The notes: generated by a model from the sequence alone, not told the origin. A stretch of 64,000 nt of DNA from an uncultured Microthrixaceae bacterium (GCA_963806205.1 CAWDXF010000004.1:25497-89496); one strand, 5' to 3'; shown: positions 23,217 through 34,469, numbered from the stretch's first letter. Translations and numbers: made by a program.

Positions 23217-23961
23217 ATGCCGCAGAACGTTCCCGGCTTCGAGTTCTCCGACGAGGCCAAGGCCCTCCGCGCGTTCGTGTACGAGCACTGGTGCGAGCAC
23301 GGCCGGGGACCGAACCTGCGCGCCGTGCACGCGGGCACGGGCCTCGACCGGCGCCAGATCGTGCAGGCCTACAAGGAGCTGCAGCTCGGGATCATCTGCG
23401 TGGTCGACCAGGACTCGGTCAACTGCAACCTCCTCAAGTTCCAGCCGTTCTCGAGCTTCCCGAGCCAGGTCGAGGTGTGGATCGACGGGCGCTTCCACTC
23501 CTACGCCGGCTGCGCGCTCGAGTCGGTGGCGATCTCGAAGATGCCGCCGTTCGCCGGCAAGCAGCTGACCCTGCAGAGCTACTGCGCGTGCTGCCTCGGC
23601 GCCATCGAGCTCACCGCCCTCGACGGCGTGGTCACCGCCCCCGACGGCGTGCTCGTGCACATCAGCACCTCGCCGTGGGACTGGAACAACGACGACATCG
23701 TCCACCAGTGCGACTCGATGAACTTCGTCCTCGGCCCCGACCACGCCGAGCGCTACGAGCGGATCGTGAGCCGCCGCGGCGTGCTGCTCACCATCGACCA
23801 GACGGCCATGTTCGTGAAGGCCACCGGGCGACGCCCGCATGCACGACTACGACTGGGCCCCGGCCACGCTCGACCCCAAGGCCGTGATCTTCGGGATGAA
23901 GCAGCTCGGCGTGGACGTCAGCCCCTGGACGGGGGAGCGGACCCCCGTTCCGGGCGCCTGA
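23217..23961 (+). CDS. MerB-like (organomercurial lyase fold) protein (frameshift near 23830)
   Basis: N-terminal HTH-like region, PFS, YAGCALE, SYCACC...I, CDSMNF. Confidence 0.65.
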
Positions 23962-24023
23962 AACGTCGCTGACGGGCTCGGCCCCTGGATCCGGGCCCGG
24001 CGCCAACTACCCTTCTGCGGAAC

Positions 24024-25104
24024 ATGGAACAGCCGATCCTGGCCGTGGTCGCCCTGGCGGCGCTGGTGGCCGCCGTCCTCTGGGGTCGCTCGGCCCGCAG
24101 GCTCCAGCGCGTCTGGCAGCGGGTCGACGACGAGCTCGGCACCGACGCCGACGCCACGCTCCTCGCCCGCTCGGCGTACCACAAGGAGCTCCACACGGTG
24201 ACGCTCTACACGGTCATCGCGGTGGCCACCGCGGTCACCGCGACGTGGGAGCTGGACCAGGCGCAGCTGTTCTTCGCCTTCCTGGTCGTGCCGGTCGGGC
24301 TGTCCGTGATCTTCGGCCGCGACTTCCGCCGGGAGGCCCGCATCGCCGAGGACCGGGCGCTGCTCGAACGACGGGCCGAGGAGGTCCTCAACCAGGAGGA
24401 GCTGGCCCCCAAGCGCTGGGCGGCGCGCCTGGCCCCCGAGGAGCTGCCGGACTTCGCCGGCTTCGAGCTCGGCCGCGTGTACCAGGCGGGCACCGGCCTG
24501 ATGGCCGGCGACTTCTACGACGTGTTCCGCGTCGCCGCCCACCCGCATCGCGGCCGTCATCGGCGACGTGACCGGCCACGGCATCGAGCCGTCGATCACC
24601 GCGTTCCAGGCGAAGTACCTGCTGCGCGTGTTCCTGCGGCAGTACCGCGACCCGGCGCAGGCGCTCGAGGAGCTGAACCGGCAGATGTCGGCGCTGGAGC
24701 GCACCGAGGAGCTCATCTCGCTCTGCGTCGTGGTGTTCGACACCGAGGCGGCCACCCTCCGGGTGGCGTCGGCGGGGCACCCGGCGGCGTGGCTGTGGCA
24801 CGACCGCGAGGTCCGGCCGCTGCGGGCCACCGGTCCGCTGCTCATGCTCGACCCCAACGGCGGCTACGTGAGCCGGGAGATCCCGCTCGACACCGGCGAC
24901 CTGCTGCTCCTCTACACCGACGGGCTGGCCGAGGCCCGGGCCGGCGAGCAGCTCTTCGGCGAGGAGCGGGTGGCCAACACCCTGCGCCGCGACCCCGGCG
25001 TGCCGCCCGACGTGCTCTGCAAGACCCTGCTCGAGGCGGCCCGAGAGTTCGCCACCGAGCCCATGACCGACGACGTCGCCATCCTCGCCATCCGGCGGGC
25101 GTGA
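24024..25104 (+). CDS. Membrane-associated PP2C/SpoIIE-family phosphatase (frameshifted)
   Basis: N-terminal TM helices; AGDFYD, IGDVTGHG, SAGHP, LYTDGLAEAR, DDVAIL. Confidence 0.9.
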
Positions 25105-26629
25105 TGGGCGAGGAGCTCCAGGCCCGCACCGAGCGCGCCCTGGCGGGCAACCTCCACAAGGAGGCGCGACAAGCTGGCCCGGCAGGGGAAGCTGTTCGTG
25201 CGCGACCGGCTGGCCCTCCTGCTCGACGAGGGCTCCTTCGTGGAGGACGCCCTCCTGGCCAACACGGCCGCCGAGGACCTGCCGGCCGACGGCGTGGTCA
25301 CCGGGGTCGGGCGGGTCGACGGCCGGCCCGTGTGCGTGATGGCCAACGACCCCACGGTGAAGGCCGGCTCGTGGGGGGCGCGGACCGTCGAGAAGATCGT
25401 GCGCCTCACCGAGTACGCGCTCCGCCACGAGCTCCCGGTGGTGTGGCTGGTCGACTCCGCCGGGGCGCGCATCACCGACCAGGTCGAGCTGTTCCCCGGC
25501 CGCCGCGGCGCGGGCCGCATCTTCTACAACCAGGTGCGGCTGTCGGGACGGGTGCCGCAGATCTGCTGCCTGTTCGGCCCGTCGGCCGCGGGCGGCGCGT
25601 ACATCCCGGCCTTCTGCGACATCGTGATCATGGTCGAGGGCAACGCGTCGATGTACCTCGGGTCGCCCCGCATGGCCGAGATGGTCATCGGCGAGCAGAC
25701 CACGCTCGAGGAGATGGGCGGCGCCCGCATGCACGCCACCGTGTCGGGCTGCGGCGACAACCTCGCGGTCGACGACGCCGACGCCATCGAGCAGGCCCGC
25801 GCCGTGCTCTCGTACCTGCCGCGCACGCTGGCGCGAGGCGCCGCCGACCTACGCGGCCCAGCCGCCGGTCCGCGAGCTGGACGCGTCGATGGTCCCGGAG
25901 GAGGAGCGCCTCGGCTACGACATGCACGACGTGATCGATGCGCTCGTCGACGCGGAGAGCTTCTTCGAGGTGAAGCCCCTCTTCGCCCCCGAGCTGATCG
26001 TGGGGTTCGGGCTGCTCGACGGGCGGCCGGTCGGGCGTCGTGGCCAACAACCCGATGGCGCTCGGCGGCACGCTGTTCGTCGAACTCGTCCGACAAGGCC
26101 GCCCGCTTCATCTGGTGGTGCGACGCGTTCAACGTGCCACTCCTGTTCCTGGCCGACGTGCCCGGGTTCATGATCGGCACCGAGGTGGAGCGCCAGGGCA
26201 TCATCCGCCACGGGGCGAAGATGGTGACCGCGGTCAGCGAGGCCACCGTGCCCAAGGTCTCGGTGATCGTCCGCAAGGCGTACGGGGCCGGCCTCTACGC
26301 CATGTCCGGCCCGGCGTTCGAGCCCGAGGCCACCCTCGCCCTCCCGACGGCCAAGATCGCGGTCATGGGACCCGAGGCGGCGGTCAACGCCGTGTTCGCC
26401 AACCGCATCGCCGCCATCGACGACGAGGACGAGCGGGCGGCGTTCGTGGCCGAGGAGCGGCGGGTCTACGAGGAGGACGTCGACCTCTACCGGCTCGCCT
26501 CCGAGCTGGTCGATCGACGCCGTGGTCGACTTCCCGGACCTGCGCCGAGAGGTGGTGCAGCGCCTCCTCGTGGCCGCGGGCAAGGACCGGGCGTTCAGCG
26601 ACCGCCGCCACGGCGTCCCGCCGGTCTGA
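25104..26629 (+). CDS. Acyl-CoA carboxylase carboxyltransferase subunit (frameshifted)
   Basis: ADGVVTG, VKAGSWG, DSAGARITDQ, GPSAAGGAY, DVPGFMIG, RKAYGAG. Confidence 0.92.
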
Positions 26630-27539
26630 TGAGCCTGCCCGCCCTCCCCGCGGTCGTCGGTGATCCGCGACGTCGGACCGCGCGACGGGCTCCAGCCGGA
26701 GACAGCCGGTGCCCGTCGAGGAGCGGGTGCGCCTCATCGAGGCCCTCGTGCACGCGGGGGTCCACCGGATCGAGGCGGCCGCGTTCGTGTCTCCGACCGC
26801 GGTGCCCGCGATGGCCGGGGCGGCCGAGGTGATGGCGCACCGTGCCCCGGCTCGTCGATCGTGCGCTACTCGGCCCTGGTGCCGAACCGGCGGGGCGCCG
26901 AGCTGGCTCTCGAGACCGACGTCGACGAGCTGACCGTCACGATGTCGCTGAGCGAGACCTACAACCAGCGCAACGTGCAACCGCAGCATCGAGGAGTCCT
27001 TCGAGGAGGTGGCGGCGGATCTGCGCGCTCGCGGGCGAGATCCCGGTCGACGCGGTCCTGAGCTGCGCGTTCGGGTCGCCGTACGAGGGGGACATCCCGC
27101 CGAAGGCGGTGGCCGAGATGGCCACAGCGGCTGCGCGACCTCGGCTGCGACGCCATCACCTGCGCCGACACCACCGGCATGGCCACGCCGCGCCGCATCG
27201 AGGAGGTGCTCCACGAGGTCGGCACGGACGTGGGGCTCCACCTCCACGAGACCCGGGGGACCGGGCTCGTGAACGCCTACGCGGCGATGCAGCTCGGGAT
27301 CGATCGCTTCGACACCTCCATCGGCGGGCTCGGCGGATCGCCCTTCGCGGACGGCGCCGCCGGCAACCTGGCCACCGAGGAGCTCGTGGCCATGCTCGAC
27401 GACCTGGGTGTCCACACCGGCATCTCGGTGGACGGCCTCATCGAGGCCGCCACCCTCGCCGGCCGAGCTCGTGGAGCGGCCGCTGCCGAGCCGCGTCGCC
27501 GCCGTCGGCCCTCGCACGCGACTGGCCGGGGGCGCCTGA
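26629..27539 (+). CDS. Hydroxymethylglutaryl-CoA lyase family protein (frameshifted)
   Basis: DVGPRDGLQ, FVSP.AVPAMA, ADTTGMA, LHLHETRG, GGLGGSPFA..A.GNLATE. Confidence 0.9.
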
Positions 27540-27542
27540 ACC

Positions 27543-27782
27543 GTGCCCTGGTGCGAGACCTGCGACCGCTTCTACAACCCCAACACCCTGACCGCCGAGG
27601 GCGCCTGCCCGACGTGCGGGCGCCTCGTCGCCGAGTCCGCGGGGGCGGGCGAGCCGGAGAAGCTGCGTCGCTTCTCCGACGAGCCGGCCCCGTGGCACTT
27701 CAAGGTGCTCCTCGTCGGCGTGTCCGTGTACCTGGGCTGGCGGCTGGTGCAGCTCATCGAGTGGGTCGCCCACCGCGCCTGA
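27543..27782 (+). CDS. Small zinc-ribbon membrane protein
   Basis: CETC...CPTCG plus a C-terminal TM helix (PWHFKVLL...YLGWR). Confidence 0.75.
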   Translation: MPWCETCDRFYNPNTLTAEGACPTCGRLVAESAGAGEPEKLRRFSDEPAPWHFKVLLVGVSVYLGWRLVQLIEWVAHRA

Positions 27783-27808
27783 GCGCTGATACGGTCGGCA
27801 ACCCATCC

Positions 27809-27883
27809 CGGGCCGTGGCGCAGTTTGGTTAGCGCGCTTGACTGGGGGTCAAGAGGTCGGGAGTTCGAATCTCCCCGGCCCGA
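27809..27883 (+). tRNA. tRNA-Pro(GGG), CCA not encoded
   Basis: Acceptor stem CGGGCCG/CGGCCCG; anticodon arm CTTGA-CTGGGGG-TCAAG; T-loop GTTCGAATC. Confidence 0.97.
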
Positions 27884-27892
27884 CGGATGGGC

Positions 27893-28174
27893 CTAGGGGC
27901 GGCCGCAGTCGAGGGTGAGCTCGCCCCGTTCGGACTCGGGGAGCAGGCCGTGGTCGACCGCCCTGGCCACCTCGCCGTAGGGACACTCCTTGGCCTCGAG
28001 CTGCTCGACGAGCTGGGCCACGTAGGACGCGCACTGCCGGGCCGGGTCGGCCGCCTGGCACACGGCGACCAGGTCGGCCTCCTGGCCGTCGCTGATGCCC
28101 CCGTAGCCGCCGCCCTCCCGACTCCCGCACGCAGCAGCCACGAGGAGGCACACCACGACGACGGATCGACGCAC
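27893..28174 (-). CDS. Small Cys-rich lipoprotein (93 aa)
   Basis: VRRSVVVVCLLVAAAC lipobox signal; four further Cys. Confidence 0.65.
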   Translation of the reverse strand: MRRSVVVVCLLVAAACGSREGGGYGGISDGQEADLVAVCQAADPARQCASYVAQLVEQLEAKECPYGEVARAVDHGLLPESERGELTLDCGRP

Positions 28175-28279
28175 GGATCGGCACGCTAGACCCCCAGATC
28201 CCGGACCGGGAGGTTGAAATCCCAGGTCAGAGGGGGCTCGCGGGGTTTCGATGTGCGCAACCACGGGTAGCCGCCCGGC

Positions 28280-28693
28280 ATGCGCCAGCTCACCACGCCC
28301 CGGGCCCTCGTCGTCGCCACCGCACTGGCGGCCCTCACCCTCACCAGCGCCTGCAGCACCTTCCCGAGCGGTCCGCCGCCCTGCATCAGCGACACCACCG
28401 CAACGCTGGGCGTGCCGTTCGACGTCTGCCTGCCCGAGACGGACAGCCGCGTCCCGGTGACCCTCACCCTCAGCAACCCCATCGTCTCGTTGATCACCTG
28501 CTCGGAGGATGCGCTCGTGAAGACCGCGGCGGCCGACAACTTCGGCTGCGGCTCCTGGAACAGCAACTCCACGACCATCCGGACCATCAACCCGGGCACG
28601 GGGAACGTCGAGTTCGGCGTGAACCCCTACACGGGCGACCCGCTCGGCTCGCCCCCGGGCCACATCACGGTGACCATCACCGCCGCGCCCTGA
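28280..28693 (+). CDS. Hypothetical lipoprotein
   Basis: Signal peptide ending LTSAC; GC3-rich codons; four mature Cys after the lipid Cys. Confidence 0.75.
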   Translation: MRQLTTPRALVVATALAALTLTSACSTFPSGPPPCISDTTATLGVPFDVCLPETDSRVPVTLTLSNPIVSLITCSEDALVKTAAADNFGCGSWNSNSTTIRTINPGTGNVEFGVNPYTGDPLGSPPGHITVTITAAP

Positions 28694-28741
28694 CCGTCGC
28701 CGCCACGAGGTGCCACCCGGCAGGGTGGCCCTCCTCCCGTG

Positions 28742-30113
28742 TCAGGTGAGTGCCGAGGTCGCCACGGAGGCGGGGTCGCCCTCGACGACGAAGATCTCGC
28801 ACGGCTCGGCGATGCCCTTGAGGTTGTGCACACCCGCGGCTCGTAGCGGATGCCGGAGCCGGGGGTGAGGACCCGCACCGAGTCCGACACCACGATCTCC
28901 ATCGGCGCCGCGGTCGCCTGCACCCGTGACGCGTGGTGCACCGCGACGCCACCGACATCGCCGGGTCGCAGTTCGATCTCGGCGGTGTGGAGCCCAGCCC
29001 GGGTCTGGAGCCCGAGCTCCGCATGGACGCGGTGACGGAGCGCATCGGCACACCGGACCGCGCCGACCGGGCTGTCGAAGGTCGCCAGGATCCCGTCGCC
29101 GGTGCTCTTCACCCAGCGGCCCGCGAAGCGTGCGACCTCGCCCCTCGTGAGCTCGTCGTGCTGCTCGAGGAGCTGCACCCACTCGCGCGTCGCCGAGCCG
29201 GCCGGCCTGCTCGGTGGAATCGACGATGTCGGTGAACAGCACCGTCGAGAGCATTCGACCGCGATCGGGGGTGCCCTCCGTCCGCCACTGCAGGAAGCCG
29301 GAGATGGCGTCGAGGTACGGGTCCTGGGCGTCGAACCAGATCGACGTGGTCGCGGGTCGGGAGCTCGATGTAGCGCGAGCCGGCGATGCGGTCCGCGAGG
29401 TAGCGCCCGCTCTGCGAAGGGATCAGGCGGTCCTTGCCGGCGTGGAGCACGAGGGTCGGTGCCTGGATCGAGCCGAGGATGTGGCGGAGGTCGATCTCGG
29501 TGTTGATGCGGACGTAGGGCACCAGGTCGCGCTTGTGCAGCGAGGCTCGCTCGTAGGCCCCGGCCCAGCGCCAGAACCTCGGCTTCAGGGACATCGACGG
29601 GGCCATGAAGAGCGACGAGACGAACCCGTGACCCCACACCGCGGCCCCGAGCCGGGCGAGGCGCATCTGGTACCGCAGCGTGGGGGCCCAGGGATGGTCG
29701 TCCTTCCGGGTCAACGTGGCGCACGCGCCGCTGAGGATCAGACCATCCACGCTTCGGGGGTAGGTCGCGGCGAAGAACATGGCCAGCGCCGCCCCCTCGG
29801 AGGTCCCGGCCAGGACCGCGTGGTCGACGTGCTCGGCCTCCATGACCGCGCTGATGTCGCGCACGCGCTCCTCGAGGCCGGAGGGGGGCAGATCGCGGCT
29901 CGACACCCCGGTGCCGCGCTTGTCGAAGTGGATGCAGCGGCAGATCGAGGCGAGGCGCTCGAAGAACCGGTTCGCAACGGGGTGGTCCCAGATCGTGTCG
30001 AGGTTCTGCGCGAGGCCGGGGATCCCGATGAGGGTGCGCGGCCCCTCGCCGAATGCCTGGTAGGCCACCCGCACACCATCGACCTCCGCCCACCGTGTCT
30101 CGGGCCTGTCCAT
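28742..30113 (-). CDS. Alpha/beta hydrolase-class III nucleotide cyclase fusion, LipJ-like (frameshifted)
   Basis: FDKRGTGVS, GTSEG nucleophile elbow; VLFTDIVDST, VKSTGDG, GLHTAE, AVHHASRV. Confidence 0.88.
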
Positions 30114-30213
30114 CGCCGCCCGAGGGTACCGGGTGTCGAGTTGGGCCCGGTTCGGGCCGAAATGAGCCATCCGCCTCATGTGACGGCGCATCGCCCGTGC
30201 GCACGATGGCTCG

Positions 30214-33057
30214 GTGTCGAACCCCCGTCTCCGCGCGGCCCTGGGCGCGCCGGCCCTGATCGCCGTCGCGCTGCTCTCCACGCTGCTCGCGTCGACCGCG
30301 GCCCAGGCCGCCCCCGTCGTCGGCGCGGGCTCCGAGGAGCTGGAGGAGGCCTCCGCGTCGGTCGAGCCCCGGGAGGCCGACCCGCACCCGCGGCTCGCCG
30401 AGGGCCTCGAGCAGGAGGCGTCGTGGACCATCCCCCCGCACGCGCGTGCCCTGCCCTGGGTGGCAGACGAGCGAGCACCGGTGACCGTCGTCGTCGAGGC
30501 GAACGACCTGGACGGGGCGAAGGACGCGATCGCGGCGGCGGACGGAGAGGTCACCGTCGAGGCCGGTCTGCTGGTAGAGGCGGACGTCCCGCCCGAGGCG
30601 CTCCGGGACCTCTCGGAGGCCGCGGGGGTCCGGTACGTGCGCCGGCCCCACGAGCTCCGGGCCGACCTGGTCTCGGCCAGCGTCGCGAGCACAGGCGCCG
30701 CCGCCTGGCAGACCGCAGGCGAAGGCGGCGAGGGCGTGACGGTGGCGATCGTCGACCTGGGCTTCGGAGGACTGGCGGCCGTGCAGGCGGCCGGTGAGCT
30801 GCCCGCCGACCTCCAGACCGACTTCATCGGCTGCGACGACCCCACGGGGGACGTGCACGGCACCGCCGTGGCCGAGCTCGTGCACGACATGGCCCCGGCG
30901 GCCGACCTGCGGCTCGTGTGCGTCAGCTCGGACGTCGGCTTCGCCTCCGCGGTGACGAGCCTGCCGGCTCAGGGCGTGGACATCGTGAACGGCTCGATCG
31001 GCGCGGTGCTCGGCGGACGCGGCGACGGGCTCGACGGACCCATGTCCGTCGCCGTCGACGGGCTCCGGAGTGACGGCACGCTGTACGTCGCGTCGGCCGG
31101 CAACTACGGCGAGCTCCACTACCACGCCCCGGCCTCCGGCGACGCCGACGGGCCCGAGCTGGACGACTTCGTCGCCATCACCGAGACCGGGCTCCTGCAG
31201 TTCGCCGTGGCTCCCTGGGAGGAAGCCTCGGTGAGCGTGAAGTGGGACGACTGGAACGAGACCGGGCAGGACTTCGACGTCTACACGTTCAACGAGACGT
31301 GCGGGCTCGACGGGAGCGAGGAGGACCAGTCGGAGGGCTACGCGCCGCCGCTCGAGATGGTCGTGGTGACCAACTGCACCGGCGAGACGCAGATCTACAG
31401 CACGTTCGTCAACCGGTACGCGGGGTCGGGCAGCCCCCGCATGGACTTCTACTTCGACGGTGCCGTCCTCGACATCGACCACGTCACCGCGAGCTCCATC
31501 CCCGAGCCGGCCACGTCGCCCTCCGCGCTCACCGTCGGCGCCTACTGCGAGACGAACGGGGTGGTCGAGACCTACAGCGGCCGTGGACCCACGATCGACG
31601 GGCGCATCAAGCCCGACCTCATGGCGCCCGACGGCGTGGCGACCGCGACCTACGGCGGCTCGGGCTGCAACCTCGGCTTCCTCGGCACCTCCGCAGCGGC
31701 CCCCCAGGTGGCCGGGGCTGCTGCGCTCATCCTCGGGGCCAACCCGGACCTCGACGTCGCGGAGGTGGAGCAGGCGCTCTTCGACCGGGCGGCCGACCGG
31801 GGCACCCCCGGCCGCGACGGCATCAACGGCAGCGGCCACCTGCGGTTGGGGGCGGCCGACGGCGCGCCCGCGCCCGTGGCGCAGCCGCTCACCGCGGTCA
31901 CGCCGGTGCGCTGGTTCGACAGCCGGCCGGGCACCCTTGGCGCGGCCGAGTCGGCCTTCGGGGCGGCCGGGCGGACCACACCGCTCGGCGCGGGTGAGGA
32001 CGTCGCGCTGCCGGTCGCCGGGGTCGCCGGTGTCCCGGCCGACGCCACGGCCGTCGTGCTCAACGTGACCGGCATCGGCGGCGTCGCCCCCGGATGGATC
32101 ACCGTGCACCCGAGCGCGACCGTCCCCACGGCGTCGAACCTCAACCTCACGCCGGGCCAGGTCGCCGCGGTGCACGTCACCGCAACCGTCGGCCCGGACG
32201 GCAAGGTCCGCTTCTTCAGCTCCGCTGCCAACACCCACCTCGTCGTCGACCTCGCCGGGTGGTACGGCCCGACCGGCAGCGGCCAGGGCCGGTACACCCC
32301 CCTCGAGGAGGCCGACCGCGCCTTCGACTCGAGGGCCATCGGCACCGGGTACGCGGAGGGCGCCTTCGGGCCGCAGGGGCGCACCACCCCGATCGGCGCG
32401 GGCCAGTCCGTCGACCTCCAGGTCGCGGGTGGGGGCGGCGTCCCGGCCGGCGCGACCGCGGTCGTCATGAACCTCACCGCCACCGCGCCGACCTCGGCGG
32501 GCTGGCTGACCGTCTACCCGACCGGCAGCGCCCAGCCGCTGGCCTCGGCCATCAACTTCGCGCCGAGCCAGACCGTGGCCAACCTCGTCGTCGTGCCCGT
32601 GAGCCCGGACGGTCGCGTGACCATCGACAACGCCCGCGGCGCGACCCACGTGGTGGTGGACGTCATCGGGTCGTTCGACGCGGCACCGGGCGGCGCGGGT
32701 TACGTCGCGCTGGACCCTCCGACGCGGATCGTCGACACCCGGTTCGGCAACGGCGGCCGCTGGCCGGTCCTGCCCGGCTTCTCCCTGGGGATGGGGCTCT
32801 GGCACCACCACGGCGTGCCCAGCGACGTCGTGGCCGTCCTGGTGAGCGCGACCGCCGTCTCGCCCACCGAGGCCAGCTGGTTCACCCTCGCCCCGCGGGA
32901 CGTGGAGTCGACGACCTCCAACCTGAACTTCGAGCCGGGGGCCACCGTCGCCAACGCCGCGATCGTGGCGCCCGGACCGTACGGCGGCCTGTACGTGCAG
33001 AACGCCCGCGGCGCCGCGCAGGCGATCATCGACCTCGCGGGCTACTTCGTCGAGTAG
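30214..33057 (+). CDS. Secreted S8 subtilisin-like protease with three C-terminal repeat domains
   Basis: Signal peptide; IVDLG, HGTAVA, SAGN, GTSAAAP; repeats P.R..D[ST]R...AVV.N.T...GW.TV.P...SN.N...DL.G[WY]. Confidence 0.9.
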   Translation: MSNPRLRAALGAPALIAVALLSTLLASTAAQAAPVVGAGSEELEEASASVEPREADPHPRLAEGLEQEASWTIPPHARALPWVADERAPVTVVVEANDLDGAKDAIAAADGEVTVEAGLLVEADVPPEALRDLSEAAGVRYVRRPHELRADLVSASVASTGAAAWQTAGEGGEGVTVAIVDLGFGGLAAVQAAGELPADLQTDFIGCDDPTGDVHGTAVAELVHDMAPAADLRLVCVSSDVGFASAVTSLPAQGVDIVNGSIGAVLGGRGDGLDGPMSVAVDGLRSDGTLYVASAGNYGELHYHAPASGDADGPELDDFVAITETGLLQFAVAPWEEASVSVKWDDWNETGQDFDVYTFNETCGLDGSEEDQSEGYAPPLEMVVVTNCTGETQIYSTFVNRYAGSGSPRMDFYFDGAVLDIDHVTASSIPEPATSPSALTVGAYCETNGVVETYSGRGPTIDGRIKPDLMAPDGVATATYGGSGCNLGFLGTSAAAPQVAGAAALILGANPDLDVAEVEQALFDRAADRGTPGRDGINGSGHLRLGAADGAPAPVAQPLTAVTPVRWFDSRPGTLGAAESAFGAAGRTTPLGAGEDVALPVAGVAGVPADATAVVLNVTGIGGVAPGWITVHPSATVPTASNLNLTPGQVAAVHVTATVGPDGKVRFFSSAANTHLVVDLAGWYGPTGSGQGRYTPLEEADRAFDSRAIGTGYAEGAFGPQGRTTPIGAGQSVDLQVAGGGGVPAGATAVVMNLTATAPTSAGWLTVYPTGSAQPLASAINFAPSQTVANLVVVPVSPDGRVTIDNARGATHVVVDVIGSFDAAPGGAGYVALDPPTRIVDTRFGNGGRWPVLPGFSLGMGLWHHHGVPSDVVAVLVSATAVSPTEASWFTLAPRDVESTTSNLNFEPGATVANAAIVAPGPYGGLYVQNARGAAQAIIDLAGYFVE

Positions 33058-34385
33058 CGGGGCGCTCGCCGGGCGGCCCACAGGGCGAAGCCGGCCAGCA
33101 GGGTGACGAGCGTCCACGGCGACGGCCCCTCACCGCCGGTGGCCGGCAGCTCGGCCCCACCCGTGGCCGCGCCGGCTGCGGACGCAGCTGCAGCGCCGCA
33201 CGCGATCGTGGATGCGAAGCCGAGGTGGTCGCTCGGCCAGAGCCAGGTGCCGTCGACCTGCTGGGACGGCTCGTCGCCGATGACGTCGCTGTCGGGGACG
33301 GTGAGCGAGCAGCCGCTCGGCGGCCGTGCGAGCACGTGGTCGATGCGGCCCGACATCGGCCGCTCGGCCACCGCGGTCTCGACCTCCTGGCCGTCGGGCG
33401 GCCCTCCGCTGCACCCGGCATCACCCGGAGCGGCACACGGCGCGCCGCCCGCGGCGCCGTAGGTGTCGACGAAGCCGGCCGCGGCCCCGGCGTCGAGCAC
33501 CGGGCTCCCCGGAACGCTGTTGAGGTCGCCGACGAGCAGGTCCGGCAGCGCGTCGGGCGTGGCCCACTCGGCCGTGATGGCGAGTGCGGCCTGCATCTGG
33601 AGCAGCTTCGTCGTGTCGCTGAGCGGTGTGAGCCCGTGGGCCAGGTGGGTGGTGAAGAAGTCGAAGCCGCCGGCGGGCGTGGCGAGGCGCGTCCAGAGCA
33701 CCTGGCGGGAGTCGAACAGCGCCGCGAGCGAGCACAGCGGGTCGAGGTCAGTGCACGCGACGGCCTCGTAGGAGCGCGGCGGCAGGCGCCGGAACCGGCT
33801 CGCGTCGATGCGGAAGCGGGTGAGCACGGCCACCCCGTCGCGGAAGTCACCCGGGTCGGGGAAGTTGCCGACCGCGGCGGCCTGCGCATCGAGCGGGTTG
33901 CCCCCACCCAGGTCGAGGTCGGGGGTCAGCGGGACGTGCGGGTTCGACAGCGACCAGCACCAGGACCACGGCTCGCCGGTGCGCGCCGCCACGGCCGCCG
34001 CCAGGCGCTCGGCCACCAGCCCGTGGCGCTGTGGCGCCTCGGCGGCCGGATCGAACGTCATGTTCCGCGTGACCTCCTGGGCGCCGACCGCGTCCGCTCC
34101 AGATCGGGCGATCGCGTCGGCGAGCAGCGGCAATCGGGCGCCGAGGGTGCGGTCGCCGTCGTCGGTCTCGCTGTGCAGGAGGTTGAACGTCGCGATCCGG
34201 AGCACTCCGTCGTCGGGCGCCGCTGCCGCACCACCGGTGGGGTCCGCCACCCCGCAGAGGGGCGTTCCGTCGAGCGGTCCGGCCGCCTGCGCCCGCCCGG
34301 CGTCGGCCTGCGACGGGGCGAGCACCAGAAGGCCGAGCAGCGCTGCGCCAGCTCGTGCGACCCGTCGCGCCCCCCAGCGCCCCAT
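33042..34385 (-). CDS. Endonuclease/exonuclease/phosphatase-family protein with LPXTG sorting signal
   Basis: ATFNL, GAQEV, TTHL, GDLN, RIDHV, SDH; LPATG + TM + basic tail. Confidence 0.85.
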   Translation of the reverse strand: MGRWGARRVARAGAALLGLLVLAPSQADAGRAQAAGPLDGTPLCGVADPTGGAAAAPDDGVLRIATFNLLHSETDDGDRTLGARLPLLADAIARSGADAVGAQEVTRNMTFDPAAEAPQRHGLVAERLAAAVAARTGEPWSWCWSLSNPHVPLTPDLDLGGGNPLDAQAAAVGNFPDPGDFRDGVAVLTRFRIDASRFRRLPPRSYEAVACTDLDPLCSLAALFDSRQVLWTRLATPAGGFDFFTTHLAHGLTPLSDTTKLLQMQAALAITAEWATPDALPDLLVGDLNSVPGSPVLDAGAAAGFVDTYGAAGGAPCAAPGDAGCSGGPPDGQEVETAVAERPMSGRIDHVLARPPSGCSLTVPDSDVIGDEPSQQVDGTWLWPSDHLGFASTIACGAAAASAAGAATGGAELPATGGEGPSPWTLVTLLAGFALWAARRAPRYSTK

Positions 34386-34469
34386 CGGGCGCACGCTATC
34401 GGGCGCCGTTCGCGAACCCGTCGACATTCCTCCACAGGAACCGTGAGGAATGTCGACGAGTTCGCGGGG

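Noticed and set aside
1500-29350. Mass pseudogenisation or programmed frameshifting of pyrG, xerD, scpB, aroA, cmk, der and others
   Set aside because: Single-base indels hit essential genes without visible decay of motifs. They are dense here and at 50-55 kb but rare at 30-49 kb and 56-64 kb, which is typical of uneven long-read consensus error.
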